Assembly: GCF_006345805.1 (NCBI RefSeq)
Contig: NC_042997.1
Span: 165,354,001-165,418,000, forward strand
Origin: Octopus sinensis
Lineage: Eukaryota
Reading direction: 5' to 3'
DNA length: 64,000 bases
This document shows, piece after piece, positions 10,422 to 24,310 of the stretch. The position numbers were made by a program, and so were the translations under genes. How positions within the stretch are numbered: the stretch's first letter is position 1; each line of letters begins with the position of its first letter. The notes under the pieces are model-generated. The model had not been told where the DNA came from. It did not search any database and worked only from the letters and a program-made list of their open reading frames with translations.

Positions 10422-11924
10422 TACATGGCACCCAGCATTGCCCGGAATTTAAATTTTTCCTTGCATACTGGAAGAATAACAATAGCAATAAAAATAATAA
10501 TAAACGAAAATACAACATTTACCACTTTTATGAAAGGAGATAAATTCTACCATTTATATTGAAAGAAATTATATAAAAGCTTCTGGGTAAACAACATTCT
10601 TTGTTTTCTGATTTGGAGCATAGACAAATAATCTGGAGCAACCCACAAAGTTGACCATGAGAAAATCAAACCAGTAGATTTCAAAGACTGACCTTGAGCT
10701 ATATAAATAGACATTGAAAAGAAAAGTCACACTGGGAATTGTGTTCGTTTGAATTGAAAGGGCATGTCTGTTGGTTTGATTGGAAATCTTGGAACGAAAA
10801 CCTCTTCTCCAGAGGCACATCCAGTGATGATAGTAGCTTCTGTCAAATTAGATGATAATGTCTTCACAGTCAACCTTGTCCCATTGCATAATTTAGGAGG
10901 ATCTAAATTTCTTAGAAGCACAATTGGGATTCCTACATTCAGAAAAAAAATTATGTGGAGAAATTCCAGGTGGTTCAAGAGAATTAAGGATCTCTGTTGG
11001 GTAATGGACAGCTTGATTTTCATCAAAGACTGAATCAACTGATTTGTACTTCTTAATGACTGTTGGAATCTTATTCATTAATTCATGGTTGATTCTTGCT
11101 ACTGTCTTATTTTTTGGATTAAGAATTGCCCTTTCACACAACCATGTATGTGAATTATAATTATTACCTAAGTCTGGCAATGCCCTGTTCTTCAATTGAG
11201 TTGGGGAATTCATCATGATAGCAATATGAGCCAAACTGATATCATCATTCCCATCATATAATTCCTTCAAATCTTTTATTTTTTAGAATTTTCAGAAAAT
11301 TTGGAGGAGGCAGGTTGAAAACTGTTTTGCACATTGGTCTCCATGTAATGAAGGAGAATTTCAGTACTTTATTCCATAGGTGTGAAGACTTAATGGATGT
11401 TTTTATTTCATCAGATCTTGTTCGCCTCAGAATGACTGGTAATTTCTGTCTGAAGTCTCCTGATGAAATTAATGTAACTCCTCCCATAGATTTATTGTTG
11501 CCTCTTATGTCCTGTAAGGTCTTACCAAGAGCTTCCATTGCACCTCAATGTGACATGGTGCATTTATCCCAAATAATAAGGTGGCATTGGCACAACACTT
11601 CTGTTGAACCCGAATCATTGCTTATGTTACAAATTAGGCTGTTACTTGCGACCAGGTTTAGTGGTAATTTAAAAGCAGAATGAGCTGTTTGTCCTCCTGT
11701 GAGAATGATGGCCAGACCATGGTACAGCAACTGCAATTTTTTTGTTGTTGTCTTACTTTGGAGAGAAGTAATGTTACAAGTGTTTTATTTGTGTTACCAG
11801 GAGCATCAAGAAAGAAAATTCCTCTGCCTTTTTCTGACGATTGTGGAACGCCGCCCGCACACACACACAGATACATATACATACAATATCAAACCACAGA
11901 TGAAATGGAGGCGTGTGTGTGTGT

Positions 11925-11984
<60 letters not shown>

Positions 11985-12115
11985 GTGAGTGAGTGTAAAG
12001 GTGTGTTGTCATATATACGTACATACATAAATAATAGGCGAACATCTTTCTTGTATGTATTCTTGCATGTATGTGTGCATGAGAGAGAGAGAGTGCCACT
12101 TAGACATCACTCCCC

Positions 12116-12147
<32 letters not shown>

Positions 12148-13550
12148 TACATACAGAAAAGATGTATGCATATGTATTTATGTATATACGAATACATGAC
12201 AACACACCTCTTCACTCACACACACACACACACAAAAACACACCATACATAAATGTATACAAACGTACATACAAAAATGTGTGTGTGTGTGACTGACTAT
12301 AAATACATAGAGTTCAACACGGCGTGAAAAAGAAAAATAAATAAATAAAATTTACGTAAATAAACGAAGTGTGCGAGTTCCAGCAAAATAATGCCCATAT
12401 TTTTTGGGCGCCACATATTTAATTGCAAAATCTTAACGTGATATTTGTGTAATAAAGGAATCAAACCTGGAGTGTGTGTGTGTGTGTGTGCGCGCCCGCG
12501 CGTAGTTGTTTCCAAATAGCGAATTAAAACTTGAAATGAAAACATGAAAATTTATACGGGTACAGACTTCGCCGTTTTTATGTCAATACGGGATAAACCT
12601 TTGCCATTGATAAACCTTTTTAAAGAAGTGAATCTAATGTAGAGAATTTCATTAAAAAATATCCATTTTCTTGAAAGTTAAGACGAATTGAAGTAGACTC
12701 GGGTGAATTTTCAGAAAATCCCCACCCCTCCTAAAACAGCTCTCCCCACCAAATTTATATATTCGAAATTGCCATGATAGAACACATATTGGTAGGAAAT
12801 TTTATTTAAAAAATCCATAATTCTGAGTTATGATCATGGAAATTGTGTTGAGGGCAGAAATCTGTAGTTCTTAATATGACGGGCAGGAAGTAAATAAGAA
12901 ATTTTAACGGAAAAGAAAGTATTGTAGGGGTTGAAAGGAAATTTGTCACTCAGTAAATCAAAGAGCCAATATCGAAGGAACCAGAAAGAAACCGTCAACA
13001 ACAGGAAAACACGAAACCGTACGGATTGAAGTGAAATTTAGGGAGATACTTCTGTCGGTAGATTATGAAATTGCTTACATCAGTAATTGTAAACTTGTAT
13101 CAGTCAGTAATTTGTTGTTGTTTGTAAATAGCGATTCTAAACTTAGACTTACAGTGAAAACAATAAAATGGAAGTTAAACAATGGCGCATGAAAAATGAA
13201 AGTGAAAAGAATAGGGTCCGTAAAATGAAAGTGAAAACAAGAGATATAGATTGAGAAATATGTTACATAGAGATAGAGAGAGATGGATAGAGAAGTATAC
13301 ATAAAGAGATATGTTGCGTCACTGACGCTAGAAAACCGGAAGTAAAAATATTAAAATCTTTGAAAGACGTGAATGTAACATAAAAAGCAATATTTTTTAT
13401 TTAAAAAAAATTTTAATAAAAAAATTAGTGAAGAACCTATATAATATGTCCGAGGTCAAATTATTCATGCATCACAAATATGGAAGTAATTGGTGAAGCC
13501 GTTTTCGCATGAAAAGTCAATATACACACATCTCTATTACATATATTATA
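10422..13550 (-). mobile_element. Helitron, internally deleted, with PIF1-type helicase remnants
   Basis: ORFs in 10569-11882 give FFLDAPG, GGQTAHSAFKLPLN, GGVTLISSGDFRQKLPV, LLRNLDPPKLCNGTRL, KRTQFPV and TKNVVYPE. Degenerate 3' hairpin ccgggcaatgctggg near 10430-10445; Helitron-like 5' end near 13545 (less certain). Confidence 0.85.
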
Positions 13551-13619
13551 TATATATTATGTGTGTATGGTGTTTATATATATACACACACACATACATA
13601 TATATATATATAAAATACA

Positions 13620-13990
13620 AAATGGGACAAGAACGCAAGACATCCGGACTGCTAGGTGATACAAAAAGGGACACCAAAACATCCAGATAGACGATACAAA
13701 GAAAACAAGGACGGGTCATTCGAAGTTTTTTTTCTTCAGTCAAGCACCAGATTATCCTTGCAATTTCGGCTGATTATTCTTGAGATTGCTCCAATCTGGC
13801 CAGCTCCAAGGAAAAACTAAGCTAAGAGCATTAGATTCCTTGGAAGAAAGCAGCGAATGTATACAAAAACAAGGACGGAAAAAACGGACAATGTTACACA
13901 AATATAAATACAAAAAAAAAATACAATTAAAATAATAACAGGACATAACAACAGGTATCTTTCGACTAAGGACGTATTGAATTAAGCTCT
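13620..13990 (-). repeat. Microsatellite-adjacent repeat, pseudo-LTR-like
   Basis: Two copies of aaaacaaggacgg; pyrimidine-rich minus-strand tail ending at a TA-rich tract, like the PLE tails at 26.4 and 56.3 kb. Confidence 0.35.
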
Positions 13991-13999
13991 GCTTCTACT

Positions 14000-14999
14000 T
14001 CTCTCTCTTCTCTTCCCCCTTCTTAATTCTTCTGTCCCTCTACTTTGACCCACCATTCGTGGGTCAAAGGGGCATGAAACGTCAACTATAAGCATATGTG
14101 GTGCACCTTGTCCGCCACCACTAGGTCCGAGCTGTTATGCTCTACCACCTGATCTGTTTGGATTGGGAAATCCCAGAGGATTTTGCTAGTCTCCGACTCT
14201 GCCACTCTCTGCGGTTTGTGCTCATTCATACCACGTCTTGCCTTTCTCTAGCCCCCACTTCGCAGTTTCCAATGTAACACTTTCGCTACCTGGTCGTGTT
14301 GCTACAACTTGTAGTGGTTTTGGACAAGTCTAGGGCATTCGTTCGTGATATGGGCAATGGTTTCATCCACTCTATTGCCGATGCAGCACAACGGAGACAG
14401 ATGCTCATTCCTAAAGTTGACCCTTCAGTTCGTGGCCAAAGTTTGGTCCTCCGCTGCCAGTATAGTGCTCTTGGTCTCTTTTTCTAAGGTTCCTTTCATC
14501 AGCCAATCCTACCTATTTTTCCCAGCAACATCTATTGAGGCTACATGGAATTGATTGTGTAGTCCCTTCTTGCGTAATTCGTCTTCAAGTCCTTTTTGTA
14601 CTTCTTCCTTTCTTTTCCCTTTTTTCTCTGCTCTCAATCCTCCCTCGTCCCTGTCACTAGCAAATTTTCCTTACTTTAGGCTAGGTATCTCAGTAAGCTC
14701 TCGAGTTCGATATGCACGCAGTCTTCCACACATATCAGTTTCCTTCCTCCATTTGCTCTCTTCGTGTATAGGCGATCAGTATCTGCACGTGGATGATGGG
14801 CTCCATGCATCGTTAGGAGCTTTCTTGACTTCCTGTCCATCTTCTTTAGCTGCTCCTCTGTCCACTTCAGGATTCCAGCGCCATACCGAATTACTGCGGC
14901 TGCGCGCGAGTTTATTGCCGAAAGTGTTTCTGGCATTCAGCTTTGAAGCCCATATTTTTCTCACTCGCCACAGGTACTCTCTTTTTGTCTTTTCCTTCA

Positions 15000-15000
<1 letters not shown>
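14000..15000 (-). mobile_element. R4/Dong-type LINE fragment
   Basis: RKLLTMHGAHHPRADTDRLY, HDQVAKVLHWKL and RLE-like PDLVV. The truncated 5' end abuts (TAA)n. Confidence 0.85.
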
Positions 15001-15095
<95 letters not shown>

Positions 15096-15240
15096 CATTA
15101 TTATTATTATTATTATTGTTGTTGTTGTTGTTATTGTTGTTATTGTTGTTGTCGTCGTCGTTGTCGTTGTCGCTGTAGTTGTTGTTGTTGTTGTTGTTGC
15201 TGTAGTTGTTGTTGTTGTTGTTGTTATTATTATTATCATT
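15001..15240. repeat. (TAT)n/(TGT)n trinucleotide microsatellite
   Basis: Seen directly. Confidence 0.95.
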
Positions 15241-17530
15241 CAGTAGTCTTATTTTTATAACGTGCTTTCACTGCACTACCGAGCGCAGCTCTGTGTGCCT
15301 TGCGTATGTGCTGTGGTTTGCTGTGATGTTCTTATGGTTACTGTATTGAAAGTGTTTTACGTAGAATGTGTGCGGTCCCTAGTAGTGCTATTTTCTGTAT
15401 GTTAGATATATTTGTTAGTCCTAGTGTTTTTTTTTTTTATGTATTTGTCTGAATATTTTTTTATCATACCTAATACGCCCATTGTTTCTGTTTTTAGACT
15501 CCACATCCGAGTTACCTCGATTTCCAGCTCTTTGTATTTTGAAAGTTTCTCCATTTCTTTTAGGGAAACGTTGTCATCTGTTGGTACTGATACATCAGTT
15601 AGAAAGCATTTTTTTTTTTGATGATCTCTGACAACTATATCTGGCCTACTGGCCTTAATTTCTCTATCTGTATGTATTGGCATATCCCATAGTATTGTTG
15701 CTTTCTCATTTTCTGTGACCTTTTCTGGCGTGTGCCTATACCATCTTTTTATTTATTTACTATTTCATAGTATTGGTATAGCTTCCAGTGTATGTAGGTA
15801 CCAACTCTGTTGTGTCTGTGAATATATTCCTTCTTAGTCAGGACTGAGCAGCCAGAGACAATATGATTTATTGTTTCACATATTCTACAGTTACTTATGT
15901 TTCTTTTGGTAATTATATGCTTTTGGTAATTTCTGGTGGGGAAGCTTTCACCTTGTGCTGCAATAAAAATTCCTACAGTCTTTGCTTTGAGTCCTGAGCT
16001 TCTCAGCCATTGTTGAGATTTTGCTTTGTCTATTTCTTTTGCGTTTAGTTTAATACAGTATTTACCATGACGGGGCTTTTCTTGCTATCGTTTTGTCATG
16101 ATCCGTTGCTGTTCTAGTTTTTGTTTGGATTTCATTTCTTTTACAGCTTTTGTTGTTTCTTCTTGTTCTTCATAGTTGTTAGGTAATGTGACTTCTTGCT
16201 TGTATTTGTCATCTTCCTTAAAGACTGAAAAACAGCTTTTTGCTTTGTTCGTGTTTTGTGGCTATTTGTATTAGTTTTCCTTGCTTCTGAAGTAGGTATT
16301 TTTGTAGTCTTATGGTAGTTATTTTGTAATAGTTTTCTAGCTGTATAAGGCCTCTACCACATTCTATCGTTGTATATATAACCTTTCTATGTCAGATTTT
16401 GGGTGGTGCATCCTAAATCTTGTCATTATTTTTATTGTTTTCCTGTCTATTTTGATTAGTTCATGTAGTGTCCAGTTAAGGATATTGTAGCTGTAATTTA
16501 CAACTAGGACGGCTAAAGTGTTGATACTTATTACCTTGTTTTTCGCATTGAGCTCTGTTTTCAGTATTAATGTAACTCGTCTATAGTATTCTTTTTTTAT
16601 TTTCTCTTTCATTTGTGTGTGTTGTATCGTATCTAGTTCATTGATTCCTAAATATTTGTATGTCTGGGTTTGGTCTAATTCTCTTATTTCATTTGCATTA
16701 TTTATTGTGATGTTGCTAAAAAAAAAGACTCCGCCGGTTACGACGACGAGGGTCCCAGCTGATACGATCAACGGAACAGCTTGCTCGTGAAATTAACGTG
16801 CAAATGGCTGAGCATTCCACAGACACGTGTACCCTTAACGTAGTTCTCGGGGATAATCAGCGTGACACAGAGAGTGACAAGGCTGACCCTTTGAAATACA
16901 AGTACAACTCATTTTTGCCAGCTGAGTGGACTGGAGCAACGTGAAATAAAGTGTCTTGCTCAAGGACACAACGCGTCGCCGGGAATCGAACTCACAACCT
17001 TACGATCATGAGCCGAATGCCCTAACCACTAAGCCACGCGCCCTCACTGTGATGTTGCTACTCTTAACTAGTCTTCCTCTTTTCAAGGTTGCTTTGGCAC
17101 ATTTTTCTAAGCCAAATTTCATATTTATTTGGTAAATCCATGTACTGTCTGTTGTAATATTTCCAGCTGTTTATCATTTGTAGCGTACAGTTTTAGGTCA
17201 TTCGTATATAAGAGGTGGCTGATTGTTTTGCCATAACAGTTGTATCCGCATCCAGTTCTGTTTAGCATGTCAGATAAAGGTGTCAGTGCCAAGCAGAAAA
17301 GTAGTAGAGAGAGCGTGTCTTTCTAGAATATTCCTCTTCTAATGGGGATGGCTTTGGTTTTTATGAGTTCCTGTTTTGTTTGGAGCTGAAACGCTATCTG
17401 CCATTTATTCATGGAATGCTTTGTATATTTTATGATTATCGGTGCTACCTTGTTCATAGCTAGTGTTTCTAGGATCTATGTTTGGGGAATACTAACAAAA
17501 GCCTTTCGGTAGTCGATCCAGGCCATACTT
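15241..17530 (-). mobile_element. R4/Dong-type LINE (RT + restriction-like endonuclease), 5'-truncated, frameshifted
   Basis: SMAWIDYRKAF, TYKYLGI, MHHPKSDIERLY and RPDIVVRD...KEMEKLSKYKELEIEVTRMW. The 3' end abuts the TAA tract. Confidence 0.9.
16719..17047 (-). mobile_element. tRNA-derived SINE, head B + tail 2, nested in the LINE
   Basis: Head gagggcgcgtggcttagtggttaggg...gagttcgattccc. 13-bp TSD tgtgatgttgcta at 16706-16718 and 17048-17060. Confidence 0.92.
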
Positions 17531-18050
17531 AGAGTTGTTGAGTTCGATACGCCGTCTAGCGAAAGCGAACTTACCGCATTTTCTAACTTCTTTCCGTATA
17601 GCTCCAATAATTGTTTTTGTTGTAGTTGTTGTAAAAGTTGCTTCTGCAATTCCTGTTGCTGTTCTTGTTGTTGCTTTTGCAACTGAATTATAGAAGCTAA
17701 TAAGTCTTCCATCATTTAACAAGTTGTATCACGAACAAATTGTTAAATAACCTATGTGAGCTTCGAAACCCTCGTTGCCAGATGTCGTATCCTCCGTCTC
17801 CATTGTCATTGTACCGCCACGATATTATGACGGATGGTCTTGACACACTGTACTAGTGAAGTAACAGTAAACAAGATAACGATGCAGCCGTAATAACAAC
17901 GCAACGATCCAACAATCTCTTCATGAACCAGCAATCAATATTCCAAACGAACTAACCAACTGACATCTTCCAACTTCACTGTGAACTCAACTTGAACTAA
18001 CACACAAACTTCACTCCAATCGCTACTATTTATAATCGCTCGGTCCAGTC
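17530..18050 (-). mobile_element. Gypsy-like LTR, PBS and gag N-terminus
   Basis: LTR-like end ...ACA (17783), 2 nt, then TGGCAACGAGG, near-complementary to the tRNA-Ser(GCT) 3' end. Upstream TATAAATA; Q-rich MEDLLASIIQLQKQQQ gag-like start. Confidence 0.65.
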
Positions 18051-19080
18051 TATTTCTCGCAAGGGACTCTCATCACAACATCACTCGATATTAGCCAAGT
18101 ATTCGATCGTGTCTGGTACGAAAATCTACCAAAGTTTTCTGCTTATAGGCTTCCTCTTTCATTCCTCTCTTTAATTGATAGCTTTCTCTTTAACTGCACT
18201 TTTACAAAGTGTACTGACAGAGTTCTCCATGACCAACATACCACCAACTTGGGCGTGTTTTAAGGTCTGCTTTTGTTCCCCACACTTTTTCGCCAATACA
18301 TTACTAACTTATTTGCCGTTATCATTAACAACGCCAACTATTACGTAAATAAACCCATTTAAATGTCCTTGACATGCCACCTAAACATTTCATGCCAGAT
18401 TTGTGCTGACTCTATAAGTAGAGACCTCAAAAACTTCCTTTAATAGAGTTAAGCAAATCTTTTTTCCTTCACCGAACAACAATACAATCCAGTACACACA
18501 TATAAAAACTATTATTGTACCCCGTTACGGTCTTAAATAGAGGACAATATTCAATTAAACCCGCAAAAATTGCTAAAATGTTTTACTATGACTGAGAGTC
18601 TCTCCTCGAGAACATGAATAAGAGTGCATTACAAAAACTGTCCTCCTCCTTCTTCAGAACCTGAAACTATTTCTGATCCCAACTATTGAGAAGCCTCTCA
18701 AGCTCATGTGCCTGCAAACATTACTCGCAAATCTGGAATGTTGTGGCTGCTGCTACAGAAAAGATATTTTAAGGCGAATCCAAAGGAAGACCATCAAGTT
18801 GATTGGTATGAATTTCTTACCACACACCCCAGCCGCTGACCTACGAATGTGCTGTCTTCTCTCATTCTACCTTCTCAGTTGCTACCACAGTAACATCTTC
18901 TTGGAATTGGCTAGTCTCTTTTCATCTCCATTCAGACAATCCTGACCCATTCGTCTCTTTTCCATCACCCATATTGTGACCACCCCAAGCCACAACTCTG
19001 GAAGTCCATTCTTGCTCATATTTTCTTTTTTTACAATCGTCAACTAGCAATTGTCCAAAATGAACATCAGCCGTGTGTGT
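18050..19080 (+). mobile_element. Highly degenerate Jockey/CR1-like LINE RT fragment
   Basis: SLDISQVFDRVWYENL resembles the LDISKAFDRVWH motif; later LRRIQRKTIKLIG. Confidence 0.6.
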
Positions 19081-20129
19081 CTGTGTTCTCGATCTCAGAG
19101 CGTTTGTGAAAGTTTTGGAAACATCCCCTTTCTCTCCAAATTTTTTTTTTTAAATGCATTAAGAGGGCAGGGTGTCGATGCAGGTGCCAAAATGTAGGCG
19201 TATTTCTCTAAAAAGGGAATGCTGGGGCAAAAGCTATTGTATAGTTTCAATGCGTCCTCTGCTCACACCGATTAGTTATGTAAGAATCACAGAGTACTCA
19301 TTCAAAACCCCACTTGCACCAATAGCATTTAAGAATATATAGCAGTACTGTGACGTCTGTAATACAAAGGGACTTCATATTATCCGCCACTCAAGTCCAA
19401 CTCAAAACAAAAGAAGTGAGCTTATGTCGACGTGCCGACACATGCCAGAATGCCTTCTCATAAAAGGCAAAACAAACTGCGGGATAGCAATTCACTTCAA
19501 AGACCCCTGTGTGAAAGCGAAGTGAACGCATTTTAAAGCGTTATTATGCATACAGTCGACCTAATGGTCGAACAAAATGGTAATATGCACTTCTGTTTAC
19601 TTTGCATGACAAACATATATATCAGAGTGTACATACTTTAAATACAATACAGTTCTGAGCACTTTTATGCTCTATATCACAAGATAAACAAAAGCAACAA
19701 CAATAACATAAGTATAAGTGTGTGTGTGTGTATGTATCTAACGATATAGATTGATAGACAGGCAGACAGATAGATAGGTAGATGTATATTTTGTGTGTTT
19801 GCGCGCGCGCATCTGGATTTTGTAAAGTAATATGCGACTTAAAATTCCCTGATTTGATCTTTCGGATACTCACTAATACTAAGTAGAGTGATTTTAGCTG
19901 GCTTAATGGTAATTTATTTTTATTACAATCGTAATCTCGCCAAATCACGTGGTTTGATGCGGGACTATTATCTTTGCCTGTAGGCTTTTAGGTCATTAAG
20001 ACAGATCGTTAATCAGTTTTCAAGGACGTAATCTTATATTTTGAAAAACATTAAGAAAGTAATACATTGCTAGAAAAAATTTTTATGACCGTGGGTTTCA
20101 TATTTACCTGGATGTATTTATTATATCGT

Positions 20130-20500
20130 GCAATATCTGAGTTCAAATCTCACTGGGACCAACTTTGCTTTGCAGCTTTTTAGGGTTGATAAAATAAAGT
20201 ACCAGTCAAATACTAGTGTCAGTGGTGTCGATTAACCTCCTCCTCTCAAAACTGTTGACCTTCTGTCTAAATCCGAAACCATTATTTGTCGTGCATGTGG
20301 CAGAATCGTTAGCACGCTGGACAAAAATGCTTAGCGGCATTTCGTTCGCCTTTACGTTCTGAGTTCAAATACCACTGAGGTGGACTAAAACCTGTCGTTC
20401 TTATAGTTGGGCACTGGGGATAAGGTAATCAACTAGCCCCCCACCCCACCCCAGCCCCTCTCATAATATTTCAGCCTTCTGTCAATAGAAAAGATTATTT
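20130..20500 (+). mobile_element. SINE S1 fragments
   Basis: tggcagaatcgttagcacg...gttctgagttcaaat family sequence. Confidence 0.7.
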
Positions 20501-21627
20501 GTCTTGAAGTGTTTATTCCTGTTTGTGGTCAGGGTTCAAAACGCACCTGCATTGACAACATCCAAGATGGTTAAATTTAATACTAATAGAATAGTGAAAT
20601 TGATTCAGGCGATTATTTACCATATATTAACAAATTTGCATGCAAAACGTGCTCACATAAGACGATCATATTTGTTCAGCTTTTGTCGTGAGCTGTACAC
20701 CGTCCAAGACAGGTTGGAATTCTTTTTCAGGCGCGTCAATCAAAATTTTAATTTTTTTCTTTCGTATGTCGATTCTTCTGTAATGTGATACTCCGCTGCA
20801 ATATGTTGTCTCCAGCACTGGCTGTCAGACTGACAAACACAAGTAACCCTACCACCAAACTATCAATAATTTTTTTTTTTTACTGTTTTTTCCCTTTTAA
20901 TGAGAAAACAAAAAAGCTGTTGCATCCATGTAATTCTGGAAACCATCTTAATTGTTCAAATGATCCGATTACTAAGGAAGATTAAGTACGTCATCCAGTT
21001 TCAGATCAATCAACTGACACAACAATCCGTTTACCTATTCGGATCTTCCGAACTAATCAGCCAGAGTACCTACATTGTCAACAGACGTGCTTACATCATT
21101 ACCTTTCGGATCAGTTAGCGACTTAGACTGATACTTCTAGTCATATAGTAGATAATTTCCTAAAGAAGAACTTACCGGCTGATCATTAGCTACACTAGCT
21201 CGACAACTATGAGGAGAGACAACTAAATCAGAGAAACATAGTTGTCCTGTTTGTAGCCAGAATTTTCCACCAATGGCGCAAAGCCCCCCTTTTTATGCAT
21301 GCATGTTTTCCTCTGTATATGCATACATATAGGCACGCAAACAAACTTACATGCAAGCATGTATGCATACACGCATATCTATATATAGAATTGATGTATA
21401 AACATAAAAAACACATTCATGATAATTAAGGGCTCAATTGATAACATACTGTAATAATATATTCCATTGAAACAGCTGTAGAGTATAATTTAACGATGAA
21501 CTTTATGTGAAATCTATGCTTCTCTACCTTATATTCTAAATACATATATAATAAATTTGATTTTGCTTCAGTTTTGTGTTCCTCCCATACCCTGGGTGCT
21601 TCGATATTACACACACACATGCACACA

Positions 21628-21671
<44 letters not shown>

Positions 21672-22517
21672 CGCGCACAAACACACACATATGCACATAC
21701 ATATATACATATACTTGTAGATGAATGTATAATATAACACATATAACTACACACATAACTTAGTTCTAGAACTAAGTGTTGATCTTTATCACGATGGCAT
21801 TCTCTCTTTAGAATCTCTTTGTAACAATCATATTTTCTGTAAAGCACTTTATTTTGTTGATGATTTTCCGTGCTGTGGAAACTGAAGCTTCATATCACGT
21901 GTACTACTTATAATGATCAATAAAGTTTATCACTACTACATTGTAGTTTTGGCACAAGGCCAGCATTACTATATTGTCATATCAATCAGCAGAAATAGTT
22001 GATAAGATCATTACTATATATTATTCTGCAATTTTGTTCATAATGGCCTGAATTTACAATCTCTATGTCACTTATATCAGATTATATTTCTGTTCGTCAG
22101 TTTTACAAACCACGGCCAAATGTGGGTACTTCTATGCGGACGTTCGACCTGCTATAAAATACTGTCGAAATTTCCATCAAATCACACCCGATGGATCTTT
22201 TCAATCTCAGTCACAGATTTTTTAATTAATTTTTTTTTTTTTAACTAAACAGTTTGAAACATCGGATAATGGTTAAATGTGTCAGGTAGAACACGGTTTA
22301 CTCTTAACGTTTTTGACAAAATTTTGTATTTTAGAAGTTATTTCGTGTTAAAGTTGTCGTATTTGGGTAACTTTAACCAATCAATGACGTGTATTCAGCT
22401 GAAGAAAGTTACTGCTGTTTGTGAAAGTAATGGAAGAGCAACAACACACGGCTCATCGGGTCATCTATTTTGGATGGTGCATACATATATGTACGTAAAT
22501 ACACAGACACATGTATA

Positions 22518-22548
<31 letters not shown>

Positions 22549-22974
22549 CACACACACACACACTGACACAGACACAGACATATACACACACACATACACA
22601 CACACAGGATCAGTATGGTCTGTACTAGAATATTTTAGCAGAATCCGAAATACCAACCTACAGCCAAAGTATCGAACCTGAATCACTATGTTCAGATGAA
22701 AAAATAAGTAAATAACACAAATAGGATTCTTTCAAAGAGTGACGCTCTCGATAAGAAAAAGAAATTGCCAAACATTAGCCACTAACTCATATATATATAG
22801 CTTGTTTATCGACTAATTAGCCAGTGGCTGTAAGGTAACTAAGATCAATTTATGGCACTCAACTGTGACGACGACAACGATGACGACGGCGAAAACGACA
22901 GCGACGGCGACGGCGACGGCGGCGGCGGTGACTTCAGTCCACTCAATGACAGTGAATGTCATTGTTGGCGCATA

Positions 22975-23474
22975 CCGTAAATCCTCGACTATATTCCGCA
23001 TTTTTTCCCCCAAAATTTAAAGGTCAAAATCCCTAGTGCGAGGTTAAAAATGAAAAATATTTTCTAAGCAATGTCCGAGTCTCTATTTGCTGTCCGGCAA
23101 TGTTTATTCAAACGCATTTTGTGATGTTGGGCGCGAAAATACCTTAAGCTAAGCCTGAAAGCAATGAAATCATAAAAGAATCATCCATAACTTGCAGTAA
23201 GCAATAATTATTAAACGTTATTACTGTTATTTCTTTATTTTCTGCAAACAAAATGCACAAAAACTACATGTTTGCATTATGTATTATATACAATAATAAT
23301 AAAGGACGTTACTGTATACATTTTTACAAACCAAGGACGTTATATAGACCTCCTTGACTCAAATTAGAGAAGGGGTGCGTATTATACACAAGGTTTAGGT
23401 TTTTCAGAGGTGCAGCCCCCTAAAAATCCCCTGCGTACTATACTCAAGGGCGGACTATACTCGAGGATTTACGG
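22975..23474. mobile_element. Tc1/mariner-superfamily (Tc2/pogo-like) MITE, 500 bp
   Basis: TIRs ccgtaaatcctcgactatattccgc / gcggactatactcgaggatttacgg, with TA on both sides. Confidence 0.9.
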
Positions 23475-23509
23475 TATATCTCTCACGAACGCACACAAAC
23501 TGATTCACT

Positions 23510-23985
23510 TGACTTGATAGTCTCCATTCGACAGTAAGGGCATCATTTATATCCATTGGGTTCCCTCTGGCCAGACGGTCAACACAGAATACTTTGTGGA
23601 GGTTGCGAGGGAGTTCGGGAAAAGATTTCGTCAAAAAAAGGCCAGCACACCTTCACCTGGACAATGCGCTAGTTCACATTTCCATCCTGATAACGAAATA
23701 CTTGCCAGAGATAAGCATCAAAAGTGTCCTGCACCTTCTCTACAGTCCAAACCTTGTTCTCCGTGACTTTTGGTTGTTTCCTAAGTGAAGCAGAAGATAA
23801 AAGAGCTTGTGACAAGAGTCCTGGATACTTTCACTATGGGGGACTTTCATAAGGCTTTCGCAAAACCGCTACAACAAATGCATTGAAGTCAAGGGATCCT
23901 ACTTTGAAGGAGATTAGGTTTTTTTTACATCTTTGAAATTAAGAAAATGTCTCTCCTGAAAAAAATCTCAAAACATCTGGAATGC
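23510..23985 (+). mobile_element. Degenerate mariner transposase fragment
   Basis: HLDNALVH and LYSPNLVLRDFWLFPK correspond to mariner HHDNA and YSPDLAPxDF motifs. Confidence 0.75.
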
Positions 23986-24310
23986 ACATTATATATGTAT
24001 GTGTATATGTTATATTTCGGGACGGTCATTCTTTCTTTTTTTTTTTTGCCAAATAAACACACGCACTCGTTTATCATTGTTTTTATTTTAATTTATTTCC
24101 ATTATCTGGAAATCTTTTGTCACACATCTGTGATCTCTTCTGCGACTCTTCCATCCACGTGTATATACGTATGCGCGCGTGCCTGTGTGCATATATCTAT
24201 AGTCAATATTTTAAAAAAAACGGAGAAAGACAAAGAAAAATACAAACGAACGTGTGAACGTAGCACAAGCAATGTATTAATAAGACGCTCAGAGAAGAAA
24301 AAGAGTTGTA

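Noticed and set aside
13712-13815. Two hammerhead-like junctions on the minus strand (CTGAAGA...GAAT; cagccGAAAttgcaa)
   Set aside because: I could not assemble a full core with consistent stems I-III.
14555-15178. 207-aa plus-strand ORF
   Set aside because: Antisense to a LINE plus a microsatellite.
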